NCBI GenBank assembly: GCA_963705105.1
Contig: CAVPIW010000005.1
Coordinates: 32,001 to 96,000 of the forward strand
Length of the DNA: 64,000 nucleotides
Reading direction: 5' to 3'
From: an uncultured Nitrospiraceae bacterium
GTDB taxonomy: Bacteria > Nitrospirota > Thermodesulfovibrionia > Thermodesulfovibrionales > Dissulfurispiraceae
Below the pieces are notes generated by a model. The model saw nothing but the letters and a program-made list of their open reading frames with translations. It was not told the DNA's origin and made no database searches. The number at the start of each line of letters is the position of its first letter. Position 1 is the stretch's first letter. Shown here piece by piece: positions 10,136-20,327 of this stretch. A program made the position numbers and the translations under genes.

Positions 10136-11392
10136 TTATTCTCTCACCTGACCGCTTCCGACAACGATGAATTTCGTGCACGTCAGTTCTTCCAGGCCCA
10201 TGGGGCCGCGTGCATGAATCTTGTCCGTCGAAATCCCTATCTCTGCGCCGAGCCCGAACTGGAACCCGTCATTGAGTCTCGTCGAGGCATTGACGAATAC
10301 CGCTGATGAATCGACCTCCCTGAGAAACCTCCATGCCTTGTCGCAGTTCATCGTCACGATGCTGTCGGAATGAGAGGACCCGTATTTCCCGATGTGTGTC
10401 ATGGCATCCTCCATGGATGACACGACCTTCACATTCAGGATCAGGTCGAGGTATTCCCTGAAGTAGTCCTCATCATGCACTTCCGCGATATTGGGGTAGA
10501 TTGACAGGGTCTTCGGACATCCTCTCAGCTCCACGCCGGCGCTTTCGAACCTCCTGAGCATCACGGGCAGAAAGCCCTCCGCGATGGCCTCGTCGACAAG
10601 CATCGTCTCCATGGCATTGCATGTGGCAGGCCTCTGGACCTTCGCATTGAAGCAAATCTCTTCCGCCATGATGAGATCCGCGTCGCGGTCCACAAAGACG
10701 TGACATACACCTTTATAATGTTTCAGCACGGGGATCCGCGAGTTTTCCGTCACCGTCCTGATCAGCCCCTCTCCGCCTCTCGGAATGATGAGATCGATCG
10801 TCCCCTCCAGTTTCAGCATCTCCATGACGGCTTCCCTGTCGGCACTGTCGATAAAAGTGATTGCGCCCTCATGGATCCCCTCCTGCTTCGCCGCTTCCCG
10901 CAAAACACCGACGATCGCCCTGTTGGAGCGGATCGCTTCGGATCCTCCGCGGAGGATGACTGCATTGCCCGTCTTGAGGCAGAGGCTCGTCGCATCGGCG
11001 GTGACGTTCGGCCTCGCCTCGTATATGATCCCGATAACGCCGATGGGGACACGCATCCGTCCAACCGTCATCCCGTTCGGTCTCTGCCACATCTTCGTGA
11101 TCTCGCCGACGGGATCGGGCAGTTGAGCGACTTCCCTCAACCCCTGCGCCATTTCTGCGATGCGCTTCTTGTTCAGGGTCAGCCTGTCGATCATGGCCTT
11201 CGACAACCCGCGCTCCTGAGCCTGTAAGACATCCTTGCCGTTCTCCGCGATCAGGGTGTCTGCGGATGCGGTCAGGGCCCCCGCCATCCTGATGAGTACA
11301 TCGTTCTTCTTTTTCGACGAGGCCCGGGCCAGACTTGCCGCTCCCCGCCTCGCCTCTTCCGCCTTATTTCTGACAAACTGTTTGATATCCAT
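10136..11392 (-). CDS. proA: Gamma-glutamyl phosphate reductase
   Basis: IYEARPNVT, CNAMET, GAEIGIST..HARGP. Confidence 0.97.
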   Translation of the reverse strand: MDIKQFVRNKAEEARRGAASLARASSKKKNDVLIRMAGALTASADTLIAENGKDVLQAQERGLSKAMIDRLTLNKKRIAEMAQGLREVAQLPDPVGEITKMWQRPNGMTVGRMRVPIGVIGIIYEARPNVTADATSLCLKTGNAVILRGGSEAIRSNRAIVGVLREAAKQEGIHEGAITFIDSADREAVMEMLKLEGTIDLIIPRGGEGLIRTVTENSRIPVLKHYKGVCHVFVDRDADLIMAEEICFNAKVQRPATCNAMETMLVDEAIAEGFLPVMLRRFESAGVELRGCPKTLSIYPNIAEVHDEDYFREYLDLILNVKVVSSMEDAMTHIGKYGSSHSDSIVTMNCDKAWRFLREVDSSAVFVNASTRLNDGFQFGLGAEIGISTDKIHARGPMGLEELTCTKFIVVGSGQVRE

Positions 11393-11702
11393 AAGAATCC
11401 TCCGCTCATCCTCTTCCCGTACCGGCGGGCAGGAGTCGGTCACTGCCTGCCGGGGCCGAAGAAACGCATCCTATATATAATACATGTCTACACTATATAT
11501 TTGTAGAGATTTTTTTGGCCCCTGCAAAAAACACCGTGCCGGCAACCGGAGGCCTGGAGGTGTTTTGTAACCTGTTGATAATAAATAATATCATAAGATG
11601 AAGTTTGTAGATACATGTCTGAATCGGGACATTGAGACGAGACTTGTTTTTTGTTGTTTTTCTGGTATAATAAAATCCAAAATTCTGTGAGGAGGTTTTT
11701 CA

Positions 11703-11888
11703 ATGGCGATACCGGTTGTTGATTACGATGAGTGCATCGGCTGCGGATCCTGCGCCGAACTCTGCCCCGAGGTCTTCGAGATGAGGGACGACGAGAAGGC
11801 GTATGTCATCGGCGCGGACAAGTGCAACACCTGTGATTGCGAAGAAGCAGCAAGCGCCTGCCCTTCTGAAGCAATAAAATTCGAGTAA
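11703..11888 (+). CDS. Monocluster ferredoxin
   Basis: CIGCGSC...CP and ACPSEAI; RBS GGAGG; TGGTATAAT at 11663. Confidence 0.93.
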   Translation: MAIPVVDYDECIGCGSCAELCPEVFEMRDDEKAYVIGADKCNTCDCEEAASACPSEAIKFE

Positions 11889-11939
11889 GACAGGTCATTC
11901 CCGCAAGAATTTTCCCCTGTGGAAATTCTTGCGGGACTC

Positions 11940-12497
11940 TCATCTTTCCCTTCTCCCCATTTCAAAGAAACCGTAGATCTTCGGATCCACAAGGTCGCCG
12001 TTGCGTTCCATGAACCTCACCGTTTCATAGAACCGTGAACCTTCAACCCTGACCACGTCGATTGATTCGGTTTCCTCCGCCCTGAAGCGCTTCATCACAT
12101 CCCCTGACGCCGGCGTGACATCCAGGGCAAGATAGACCTCGAGCATCTCCGTCGTCATCCCCGACGAAAGGGGTCCCTTAAGAAGGAACCTTATGTGCGC
12201 CGGCATGTATCCCGTCTCCTCGATGAGTTCCCTGCGGGCGGCGTCGGCAGGCGACTCCCCGCACTCGACCAGCCCCGCGGGAAATTCCAGGACCGGGCCG
12301 TCGAACAGCGGCCTGTATTGCCGCACGAGGATGACATCCCCCTCGGGGGTGAACGGTACGATCACAACGACGCCCCCGCAGTTGACACGTGCGACGCCCT
12401 CCCAGGTCCTCATCGCGCCCTTTTCGTCTTCATAGCTGAGGATAAAGGCGTTAAGGAACGCGCCCTGCCAGCACTGCTCGGTTCCCCGCTTCTTCAT
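11940..12497 (-). CDS. NUDIX hydrolase (ADP-ribose pyrophosphatase-like)
   Basis: EFPAG...AARRELIEETG Nudix box. Confidence 0.9.
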   Translation of the reverse strand: MKKRGTEQCWQGAFLNAFILSYEDEKGAMRTWEGVARVNCGGVVVIVPFTPEGDVILVRQYRPLFDGPVLEFPAGLVECGESPADAARRELIEETGYMPAHIRFLLKGPLSSGMTTEMLEVYLALDVTPASGDVMKRFRAEETESIDVVRVEGSRFYETVRFMERNGDLVDPKIYGFFEMGRRER

Positions 12498-12535
12498 GGC
12501 AGACTCATCTCCGCGAACTCCCATTGATAACCTTA

Positions 12536-12736
12536 TCGGAACCAGACCGGTTAGACCCGGCCGGGAAGGCTGATGTGGCGAAAAGCCTTTCCGCGAAGAT
12601 ACCTTACTCATCACCGGATCACACCTTGCCGTGTCCATCGATACCGAAAGCCCGTCAGGCAACAGGCGCTGAACACCTTAGAGATGTCTCATCATCGCAT
12701 TGGAAAGGCTTTGAACCATATCTGCCTTCCCGGCGG
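12536..12736. repeat. MITE-like element (family B), copy 1
   Basis: ~32-bp imperfect terminal inverted repeats; similar copy at 36791-36990. Confidence 0.8.
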
Positions 12737-12745
12737 AACAGCACT

Positions 12746-12904
12746 CCGGAAAGGCGAGCGTATGCGCCGAAAAGCCTTGGTGCGGCGACTCCTGTATCGT
12801 CACAGAAGACGAGGCATACGCCGATGTCAGGAGAATTGGACATCTTTTCCGACACTGACACTCACACTGTTTTCAGAGTGCTTCGCCCGGCCTTTCCACG
12901 CAAC
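12746..12904. repeat. Dispersed inverted-repeat element (family A)
   Basis: GGAAAGGCGAGCGTATGCGCC ... CTTCGCCCGGCCTTTCCACGCAAC. Confidence 0.75.
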
Positions 12905-13249
12905 CTACCCGAAGGGAGACCGCATCTGCCGTCCGCCCATGAGGTGAAAGTGGAGGTGAAAGACGATCTGTCCTCCCTCGGGGTTGCAGTTCGTCAGCAG
13001 GCGGTATCCCCGCTCGGCAATCCCCCTGTCGACGGCGATCTTTTTGGCAGCCTGAAAGATACGGCCGAGAAGCTCCCCGTCCTCTTCCTTCAGGTCAAGG
13101 GGGGTTGAAATGTGCCTCTTCGGGATGATGAGCGTGTGAACAGGCGACTGGGGATTGATGTCCTCGAAGGCGAGCACGTGGTCGTCTTCGTAAACGACTG
13201 TCGACGGTATTTTTTTCTCGGCGATTTTGCAGAAAATACAATCACTCAT
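12905..13249 (-). CDS. Histidine triad (HIT) nucleotide-binding protein
   Basis: CIFC, HLHFHL triad. Confidence 0.94.
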   Translation of the reverse strand: MSDCIFCKIAEKKIPSTVVYEDDHVLAFEDINPQSPVHTLIIPKRHISTPLDLKEEDGELLGRIFQAAKKIAVDRGIAERGYRLLTNCNPEGGQIVFHLHFHLMGGRQMRSPFG

Positions 13250-13352
13250 AGTGTGGCACCTCCCGGCCGGTTAATTGTCCCCTGGGTTGTAAGAAAAGGC
13301 GGAGGCGACGCGCCTCAAAGCTGTCTATTGTCTACCGCCTCCTGTCTATTTT

Positions 13353-13703
13353 CTACTGTTTTTGGTCTGCTGTCTTCTCTTTCATTTCAATGGCACGGTA
13401 GAAACACGTCCTGTTCCCTGTATGGCAGGCCCCGCCGCCGTGCTGTTTCACCTTAACGAGGAGTGTGTCGAGGTCGCAGTCGTAGAGGATTTCCTTCACC
13501 TCCTGGACGCTCCCCGATGTCTCTCCTTTCTTCCAGAACTTCTGCCTCGACCGCGACCAGAAGTGCGTATACCCCGATTCGAGGGTCATCATGAGCGAAG
13601 CCTCGTTCATATAGGCCATCATGAGCACCTCTCCGCTCGCCATATCCTGAACGATCGCGGGGATGAGTCCCTTCTCATCATATTTGAGCGATTTTACATC
13701 CAT
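13353..13703 (-). CDS. hisI: Phosphoribosyl-AMP cyclohydrolase
   Basis: FWSRSR, KGETSG, DCDLD, ACHTG..TCF. Confidence 0.95.
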   Translation of the reverse strand: MDVKSLKYDEKGLIPAIVQDMASGEVLMMAYMNEASLMMTLESGYTHFWSRSRQKFWKKGETSGSVQEVKEILYDCDLDTLLVKVKQHGGGACHTGNRTCFYRAIEMKEKTADQKQ

Positions 13704-13716
13704 GCACAACCCCTTT

Positions 13717-14199
13717 CTATCTTTTGTACCCGATCTTCCTGAGGAAATCTCTCCGGTTCTTTTTATCCTCCTCCGTCTCAACGCCCTTCGGGGACGAGCC
13801 GTCGACAACGCCGATGATGCCCCTGCCCTGCTCCGTCCGGGCCACGACGACTTCCAGAGGATTGGCCGTCGCGCAGAAGATCCTGCACACCTCCGGGCAG
13901 TTTTTGACAGCATTGAGCACATTGATCGGATACGCGTCCTGCAGCAAAATGCAAAAGACGTGTCCGGCCCCGATGTCCTGCAGGTTTTGCACACAGAGGG
14001 CAACAAGCTCGTCGCTGTTCCCCTCTGTCCTGATCAGGCAGGGCCCGGATGCCTCGGCAAAGGCGATGCCGAACCGGGCCTGGGGCACCGTCGTGACGAT
14101 GATTTCGTACAGGTCTTCCGCCGTCTTGATGAAATGAGTCTGCCCGATGATGATGTTGCACCCTTCCGGGATCTCTACCCTGACTGTGCTGATATCCAT
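13717..14199 (-). CDS. Adenosine-specific kinase family (DUF355) protein
   Basis: [30 protein letters not shown] motifs. Confidence 0.88.
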   Translation of the reverse strand: MDISTVRVEIPEGCNIIIGQTHFIKTAEDLYEIIVTTVPQARFGIAFAEASGPCLIRTEGNSDELVALCVQNLQDIGAGHVFCILLQDAYPINVLNAVKNCPEVCRIFCATANPLEVVVARTEQGRGIIGVVDGSSPKGVETEEDKKNRRDFLRKIGYKR

Positions 14200-14362
14200 G
14201 GAATCCTCCTTGCCTGTCCCTGTCCGGAATAAAATATTATCTCACGCACCCAAAAAACGCAAAGAAAGAAAATGTTTTCTGTCATGCATCGGGCCGTTCG
14301 GGGAACGGCCCCCACAATTACTAAGGAGTTTAGTGATAAGGTGACATGATTCAATCCGTATT

Positions 14363-14638
14363 TGTCATCCCGGCTCGTCCGGGATCCTTCTTAAAGAAAC
14401 CATTCTGTTGCATGAAAAGGCGGGGCGAAGCGCCTCAAAGCCTTGCTGAAGGCGACGATACGCCTCGTCAGCTTCGTGTTTCAGGATTCCACTCTTTGTG
14501 CATCGACCATTGGCGTATAGTTCATCTCTCGTTTTGATACAGGTGTCGCCGCAGCAAGGTTTTCGGCGCATACTCCCCGCCTTTCCCGTGAGTGTATTGT
14601 AACGATAAGGGAAAGATTCCCGACAAGCGGGAATGACG
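14363..14638. repeat. REP-like palindrome pair enclosing a family A element; empty IS110 target variant
   Basis: TGTCATCCCGGCTCGTCCGGGATC ... GATTCCCGACAAGCGGGAATGAC around ~200 bp matching 28788-28986 inverted. Confidence 0.85.
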
Positions 14639-14707
14639 CGGATGTCGTTCTGCTTAGTTTCTCCTTAATACCTCGACGGCAGGTGAGCCTCTGACGTCTA
14701 TGGTATA

Positions 14708-15394
14708 ATGAAAATACATTTTCCCTCGCATGTCAAGATGAAAAGAGGCCCTCACAGCGACATCGGATCACGGGCGGCATTCAGCGGAGAGGCAGACCAT
14801 CATTCACCCCAGCGACTCAAGACCGGCGTTCCTTTGTATCGGGCGATTCTTCTGACCGCGGTCCTGCTCGTCCTCTCTTCGCCGGCGAAGGCGGCGGAGC
14901 TCTCCCCCGTCTCCGTCACGATCCTCAACGGAGAAATCCGTGCCGGCTCCTCCGTCAGCCTCGATCCCCGCATGGTCGAAGAGATCAGGGAGGGACTGTC
15001 AAAGGAGTTCATCTATTATATCGACCTTTTCAGGGTCTGGGACGTCTGGCCTAATGAATTCATCGCGGGCAGGAAAATCGTCAAGGAGATCAAGAGCGAT
15101 CCGATCAAGCGTCAGCACATCGCCGTTTCCAACGACGGGGCCGTCCGGATCGAAAAACGGTTCAAAGACGCCGAATCGATGATCGCCTGGACGATGACGA
15201 TCGGCGACATCGGCCTGGCATCGGTGAATAACCTGGACAGGGGGAGCTATTTCGTCAAGGTGACCGTGGAATCGAAAATCAGGAAGCTCCCTCCTGTCAT
15301 CGGATATCTGCTCTTTTTCGTCCCTGAGAAGGAATTCTCCATGAGCCGGAATTCCCAGGTGTTTCATGTGCAGGGCAAGAGGGAAGGGAAATGA
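14708..15394 (+). CDS. DUF4390-like exported protein (start uncertain)
   Basis: Signal-like segment, KLPP..YLLFF C-terminus, coupled to ntrY-like kinase. Confidence 0.75.
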   Translation: MKIHFPSHVKMKRGPHSDIGSRAAFSGEADHHSPQRLKTGVPLYRAILLTAVLLVLSSPAKAAELSPVSVTILNGEIRAGSSVSLDPRMVEEIREGLSKEFIYYIDLFRVWDVWPNEFIAGRKIVKEIKSDPIKRQHIAVSNDGAVRIEKRFKDAESMIAWTMTIGDIGLASVNNLDRGSYFVKVTVESKIRKLPPVIGYLLFFVPEKEFSMSRNSQVFHVQGKREGK

Positions 15395-17412
15395 GACTGT
15401 CCCGGTCCTCCGCCGCCATCCTCATTACAACCGTCTTTGTCATTATCGCCACGATGCTCGAAATCTATTTCATCCAGGTGCCGACCCTGAGCATTGTGAC
15501 GAGACTGATACTCGTCGCTCTTCTGAGCATCAATTTTCTCGCCCTCCTCATCCTCGTCTTTCTCGTGGCGAAGAACCTCTTCAAGCTTTATCTGGAGAGA
15601 AAAAACCGCGTCCTCGGGTATCGATTCAGGACCCGGCTCATGACCATCTTCGTCATCCTGACCCTCATCCCGGCAGCCTTTCTCTTCTTCGCCGCCAGCG
15701 GCCTGGCGTCGAACTACATCAACCGCTTTTTCTCCCCCCAGTTGAAGGAACCCCTCAAACTCTCGATCGAGTTTGCCCGTGCGGTCTATGACTTCGAACG
15801 GGAACGGGTCCTCTCGGCGGGACGCCGGGTTTCGGAAGGCGAAACGGGCACGTCGGGCGGCCTTTCTGTCATGAGACACGAGACCTTGCCGCCGAACGCC
15901 TCCGAGACACTGCGGGACGCCTTTCAGGGGATCGAGGGGACGGAGGTGGTGTCCGGGGAGAGGGGAGACATCATCCGGGCAGCCGTGCCCGACCGCCGCA
16001 GGGGAGGAGTCGTCGTGACCGAACTCATCCTGCCGAAGGAGATCACGCAGAAAATCGAGCACCTCGAACGATTGCACGAAGAGCATCTGAAACTCGCGGC
16101 CTTCAAGGCGCCGCTCAAGTTGAACTATATGCTCATACTCGGTTTTTTAACCCTCATGATGGTCTTTACGGCGCTTTGGGTTTCACTGAAGGTATCGAAG
16201 GGCATAACGACGCCCATTCAGAGCCTCGCCATGGCCACGGAGCAGGTTGCCGCGGGAGACCTGGACGTGTCGGTGTCCGCGACAAGCGAGGACGAGGTGG
16301 GGATCCTCATCTCCTCCTTCAACCAGATGGTGCGGCAGCTCAAGGAAAACAAGCAGTCTCTCGAAAATGCCTACACGGAATCGGACAAGCGGAGACTTTA
16401 TCTCGAAAACATCCTCCAGAGCATCACGTCAGGGGTGCTCTTTCTCGACCACAGCGGGAGGATCCAGGCGGTCAACAGGGCCGCCTGCTCCATCCTGTCG
16501 ATGAACCAGGAGGACGTCACCGGAAAGGACTACAAGACGCTCATCGGTCACCTCAACTCCGAGGACCTGAAACAGCTTGTGCGGAACCTGGAGGGAAGTG
16601 AGATCCGCGATATCAGCAGGGAGATCAAAGTCAACAGGGGCGGCAGGATCATCATCCTGCGGGTCCGCATCGCCGGGATACGGGAAACGCCCGAATCGAG
16701 CGCACTGGGCATGCTCGTCGTTTTTGACGATCTGACGGACATCATCAAGGCGCAGAAAGCGATGGCATGGCAGGAGGTGGCCAGGAGGATGGCCCACGAG
16801 ATCAAGAACCCGCTGACACCGATCAAGCTGTCGACGGAACGCCTTATCCGCAAGTGGACGCAGAAGGAATCAGACTTTGATGCGGTGTTTGAGAAGTCGA
16901 CGAAGACGATCATTACCGAGGTCGAAGGCCTCAGGAGGCTCGTTGACGTCTTCTCGAAATACGGCCGGATGCCGGAGGCACAGAAAGTCCCCACTGATAT
17001 GGGTGAGTTGCTTGACGGGGTCCAGCAATTGTATAAAGGGTTCGCGGACGTGACGATCGGGCTTCACATTGAGGAGAGTCTCCCGGAAATCCCTGTCGAC
17101 AGGGAGCAATTCAAACGTGTCTTCATCAATATCGTCGACAATGCGGTCAAGGCGATGAATGAGCGAGGGTCCATCGACATAACAGCGAAATCCTCGGGGC
17201 GTTATTTGGTCATCGAGATCGCCGACACCGGTCCGGGCATCCCCGATGAGGAGAAGGAAAAACTCTTCATCCCTTACTTTTCGAAGAGGAGAGACGGCAC
17301 CGGGCTGGGCCTCGCGATCGCCGACAAGATCGTGACTGACCATGGGGGGAGAGTCCTCGTCAGCGACAATGTCCCCCGGGGCAGTGTCTTCACCATTGAA
17401 ATCCCCTTCTGA
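15391..17412 (+). CDS. Membrane HAMP/PAS histidine kinase (NtrY-like)
   Basis: TM segments, HAMP, AWQEVARRMAHEIKNPLTPI. Confidence 0.92.
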   Translation: MRLSRSSAAILITTVFVIIATMLEIYFIQVPTLSIVTRLILVALLSINFLALLILVFLVAKNLFKLYLERKNRVLGYRFRTRLMTIFVILTLIPAAFLFFAASGLASNYINRFFSPQLKEPLKLSIEFARAVYDFERERVLSAGRRVSEGETGTSGGLSVMRHETLPPNASETLRDAFQGIEGTEVVSGERGDIIRAAVPDRRRGGVVVTELILPKEITQKIEHLERLHEEHLKLAAFKAPLKLNYMLILGFLTLMMVFTALWVSLKVSKGITTPIQSLAMATEQVAAGDLDVSVSATSEDEVGILISSFNQMVRQLKENKQSLENAYTESDKRRLYLENILQSITSGVLFLDHSGRIQAVNRAACSILSMNQEDVTGKDYKTLIGHLNSEDLKQLVRNLEGSEIRDISREIKVNRGGRIIILRVRIAGIRETPESSALGMLVVFDDLTDIIKAQKAMAWQEVARRMAHEIKNPLTPIKLSTERLIRKWTQKESDFDAVFEKSTKTIITEVEGLRRLVDVFSKYGRMPEAQKVPTDMGELLDGVQQLYKGFADVTIGLHIEESLPEIPVDREQFKRVFINIVDNAVKAMNERGSIDITAKSSGRYLVIEIADTGPGIPDEEKEKLFIPYFSKRRDGTGLGLAIADKIVTDHGGRVLVSDNVPRGSVFTIEIPF

Positions 17413-17531
17413 TCCTGTTAGGCTAATAGAAGGGCGTCTAAACCTTGTCGTCGCGTGTCAGGGCGGGGCGACGCGCCTTCCGGTCGGGGTATGGAACGAT
17501 AGGGTAAAATAAATTGAAACGAGGATAGGAC

Positions 17532-18902
17532 ATGCCGCGCGGTTTCTTTCTGGTTGTTGATGATGAAGAGGGTATACGGGAGAGCATCTCGGGGATCCTC
17601 GAGGACGAGGGATATGCCGTTGTCACGGCGTCGTCGGGAGAGGAGGCCCTCAGCCTCGCCAGGGAGAGTGTACCGGACGTCGTCTTTCTCGATGTGTGGC
17701 TGCCCGAGATCGACGGCATCGAGACCCTTTCGAGACTCCGGGAGATCGACGAGAATATGCCGGTGATCATGATTTCGGGGCACGCCAATATCGAACTGGC
17801 GCTCAAGGCGACCAAGCTCGGCGCCTACGACTTTCTCGAGAAACCGCTTTCCCTCGACAAGGTGGTTATCGTCGGCAAGAGGGCCTTCGAACACCGGAAG
17901 CTTGGGGAGGAGAACAGGACCCTGAAGGCCGATCTCGGAAAAAAATGGAGCCTCATCGGCGAATCGCCGCGGATGAAGACGTTGAGGCAGCAGATCGAAA
18001 TGGCGGCCCAGAGCAACAGCAGGGTCCTTATCCTCGGCGAAAGCGGCACGGGAAAGGAACTCGTCGCGCGGTTGCTCCACCGGAAGAGCCAGCGGTCGTC
18101 GGGCGCCTTCGTCGAAGTCAACTGCGCGGCAATCCCCCAGGAGCTCATCGAGAGTGAACTCTTCGGTCACGAAAAAGGGTCCTTCACCGGTGCGACGGAA
18201 AGGAAGATGGGCAAGTTCGAACTCGCCCATGAGGGCACCCTCTTTCTCGACGAAATCGGCGACATGACCCTCCAGACCCAGGCGAAGGTCCTGCGCGTTA
18301 TTGAGACCCAGGTCTTTCAGCGCGTCGGGGGCGGCAGAAACATACAGGTCGACGTGCGGATCGTCGCCGCGACGAACAAGGACCTGCCCGACGAGGTGAA
18401 CAAGGGCAATTTCAGGGAAGACCTATATTTCAGGCTGAACGTTATTCCCCTCGTTGTCCCGCCTCTCAGGGACAGGCGCGAGGACGTGCCCGAACTGCTG
18501 AAGCACTTCGCCGAATATTTCGCCCACGAGCTCGGTATGAAACCGAAGGAGTTCGACGCCGAGGCGATGAGGATACTCTGTGGCTACGACTGGCCCGGCA
18601 ATATCCGTGAGCTGAAAAACGTCGTTGAACGGCTCATGATCATGGGTCCTTCGAAGACCATCGCAAAGGGGGACATCGAGGAGCAGAGGATGCTCCAGTC
18701 CCGCCATATCGTCAGGGAATACGACTATTTCACCTACAAAACGCTGAAGGACGCCCGGGAGGCCTTTGAGAAGGACTTCATCATCAGGAAGCTTCAGGAT
18801 AACGACTGGAACATCTCCAAGACCTCTGACACCATCGCCATCGAGAGGAGCAACCTTCACAAGAAGATCAAGGCATACGGGATAACGGAGGCGAGGCCCT
18901 GA
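17532..18902 (+). CDS. Sigma-54-dependent response regulator (NtrX-like)
   Basis: REC, GESGTGKE, GSFTGA, HTH; follows NtrY-like kinase. Confidence 0.92.
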   Translation: MPRGFFLVVDDEEGIRESISGILEDEGYAVVTASSGEEALSLARESVPDVVFLDVWLPEIDGIETLSRLREIDENMPVIMISGHANIELALKATKLGAYDFLEKPLSLDKVVIVGKRAFEHRKLGEENRTLKADLGKKWSLIGESPRMKTLRQQIEMAAQSNSRVLILGESGTGKELVARLLHRKSQRSSGAFVEVNCAAIPQELIESELFGHEKGSFTGATERKMGKFELAHEGTLFLDEIGDMTLQTQAKVLRVIETQVFQRVGGGRNIQVDVRIVAATNKDLPDEVNKGNFREDLYFRLNVIPLVVPPLRDRREDVPELLKHFAEYFAHELGMKPKEFDAEAMRILCGYDWPGNIRELKNVVERLMIMGPSKTIAKGDIEEQRMLQSRHIVREYDYFTYKTLKDAREAFEKDFIIRKLQDNDWNISKTSDTIAIERSNLHKKIKAYGITEARP

Positions 18903-18907
18903 ACGGC

Positions 18908-20263
18908 ATGCGCGTACTCGCCATCGTGGGACGGCCGAACGTCGGCAAATCGACCCTCTTCAACAGGATGACCGCCACGCTCCGGCAGGACCGGCTTGCC
19001 ACGGCGATCACCGATGAAACTCCGGGTGTCACGAGGGACAGGAAATACGGGACTGCAGCCTGGGAGGACAAACGGTTTTTCGTCATCGATACGGGCGGCA
19101 TTTTCGGGGAAGTGCCGCCGGCACGACATGCCGTGGACTTCTCCGAGATCACCGAACAGGTCAAGAGGCAGACCCTCGTCGCCCTTGAAGAAGCCGATCT
19201 TGTCGTTCTTCTCCTCGACGGCAGAGACGGCCTGACAACCCCTGACAGAGAAATCGCCCAGCTGCTCAGGGAGACAGGAAAGCCCGTCATCTGCGCCGCC
19301 AACAAGATCGACACGCCTGCAAAGGAGTCCCTCACCTTCGATTTTTATTCCCTCGGTCTCGGAGACGTCATCCCCGTCTCCGCCATTTCGGGCCTCGGAT
19401 TCGACGATCTCATGGACCGCGTTGCGGAACTGCTGCCGGGCGGAAACGGTCAGGACGAAACACCGGAGCCCTCTGAGAGGATCCCGAAAATCTCCGTCGT
19501 CGGCAGGCCCAATGCGGGAAAGTCCACCCTCATCAACGCCCTCCTGAGCAAACAGCGGCTCATCGTCAGCGCGACCCCCGGCACGACAAGGGATGCGATC
19601 GACTCGCTCTGCCGTTATTACGGGCGACAATATCTCTTTATCGACACCGCCGGTATCAGGAGAAGGTCGCGGGAATCGCCCGTCGAGAGCCTTTCCGTGC
19701 TCCGTGCACTGAAAAGCATCGAGCGGTCAGATGTGGTGATTGTCCTCATCGATGCCCGGCAGGGGATCGTCGACCAGGACAAACGGATAGCGGGCATCGT
19801 GGAAGAACTGGGGAAGGGGGCCCTTTTCCTCCTCAACAAATGGGACCTCGTGGAAAAACCGGACATCGAGTACAAGCGGCTGATGGACGAGATGAAGCGC
19901 CAGTTCTGGTTCATGGAATATGTCCCCATCGTCACGGTGTCGGCCCTGACGCGCAGGAGGATCACCGGAATTTTTCCCCTCATCGACGGGATTATCCAGG
20001 AGAGGAGCAGGAGAATCCCTGACGATGAACTCAGGTCGTTCTTTCTCGACGCCCTTGCGGCCATACGCTTTCCGCCGGGAAAAGGCCCGGGGTTGAAAAT
20101 CCTGTCGATCAGGCAGACGGCGGTAGAGCCTCCCGCATTTGTCCTCTTTGTGAACAAACCGCATCTCATAACGCCTCAGCAGCTCCGCTTCACCGAGAAG
20201 ATCCTGCGAAGCCGCTTTCCCTTCACGGGGACGCCGGTACGTATTTCTGTTAAGTCTCGGTGA
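18908..20263 (+). CDS. der: Ribosome biogenesis GTPase Der (EngA)
   Basis: Tandem GRPNxGKS G domains, DTGG/DTAG, NKID/NKWD. Confidence 0.96.
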   Translation: MRVLAIVGRPNVGKSTLFNRMTATLRQDRLATAITDETPGVTRDRKYGTAAWEDKRFFVIDTGGIFGEVPPARHAVDFSEITEQVKRQTLVALEEADLVVLLLDGRDGLTTPDREIAQLLRETGKPVICAANKIDTPAKESLTFDFYSLGLGDVIPVSAISGLGFDDLMDRVAELLPGGNGQDETPEPSERIPKISVVGRPNAGKSTLINALLSKQRLIVSATPGTTRDAIDSLCRYYGRQYLFIDTAGIRRRSRESPVESLSVLRALKSIERSDVVIVLIDARQGIVDQDKRIAGIVEELGKGALFLLNKWDLVEKPDIEYKRLMDEMKRQFWFMEYVPIVTVSALTRRRITGIFPLIDGIIQERSRRIPDDELRSFFLDALAAIRFPPGKGPGLKILSIRQTAVEPPAFVLFVNKPHLITPQQLRFTEKILRSRFPFTGTPVRISVKSR

Positions 20264-20327
20264 AATATGGTAAAATAAATACTTGTTTTACCTGACATCA
20301 GCGGAAGGGAAAAGGAGAGCAGACGCT

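Noticed and set aside
11490..11505. NrdR-box-like ACACTATATATTTGTA
   Set aside because: Spacing is off by one base, single copy, and no ribonucleotide reductase gene nearby
13322..13375. Degenerate heptamer repeats at the hisI 3' end
   Set aside because: Short, degenerate low-complexity tract with no supportable function
14405..14603. Family A repeats as integron attC sites
   Set aside because: Ends read GTTGCA...TGCAAC, the reverse of the attC RYYYAAC...GTTRRRY order; they flank core genes and no integron integrase is present
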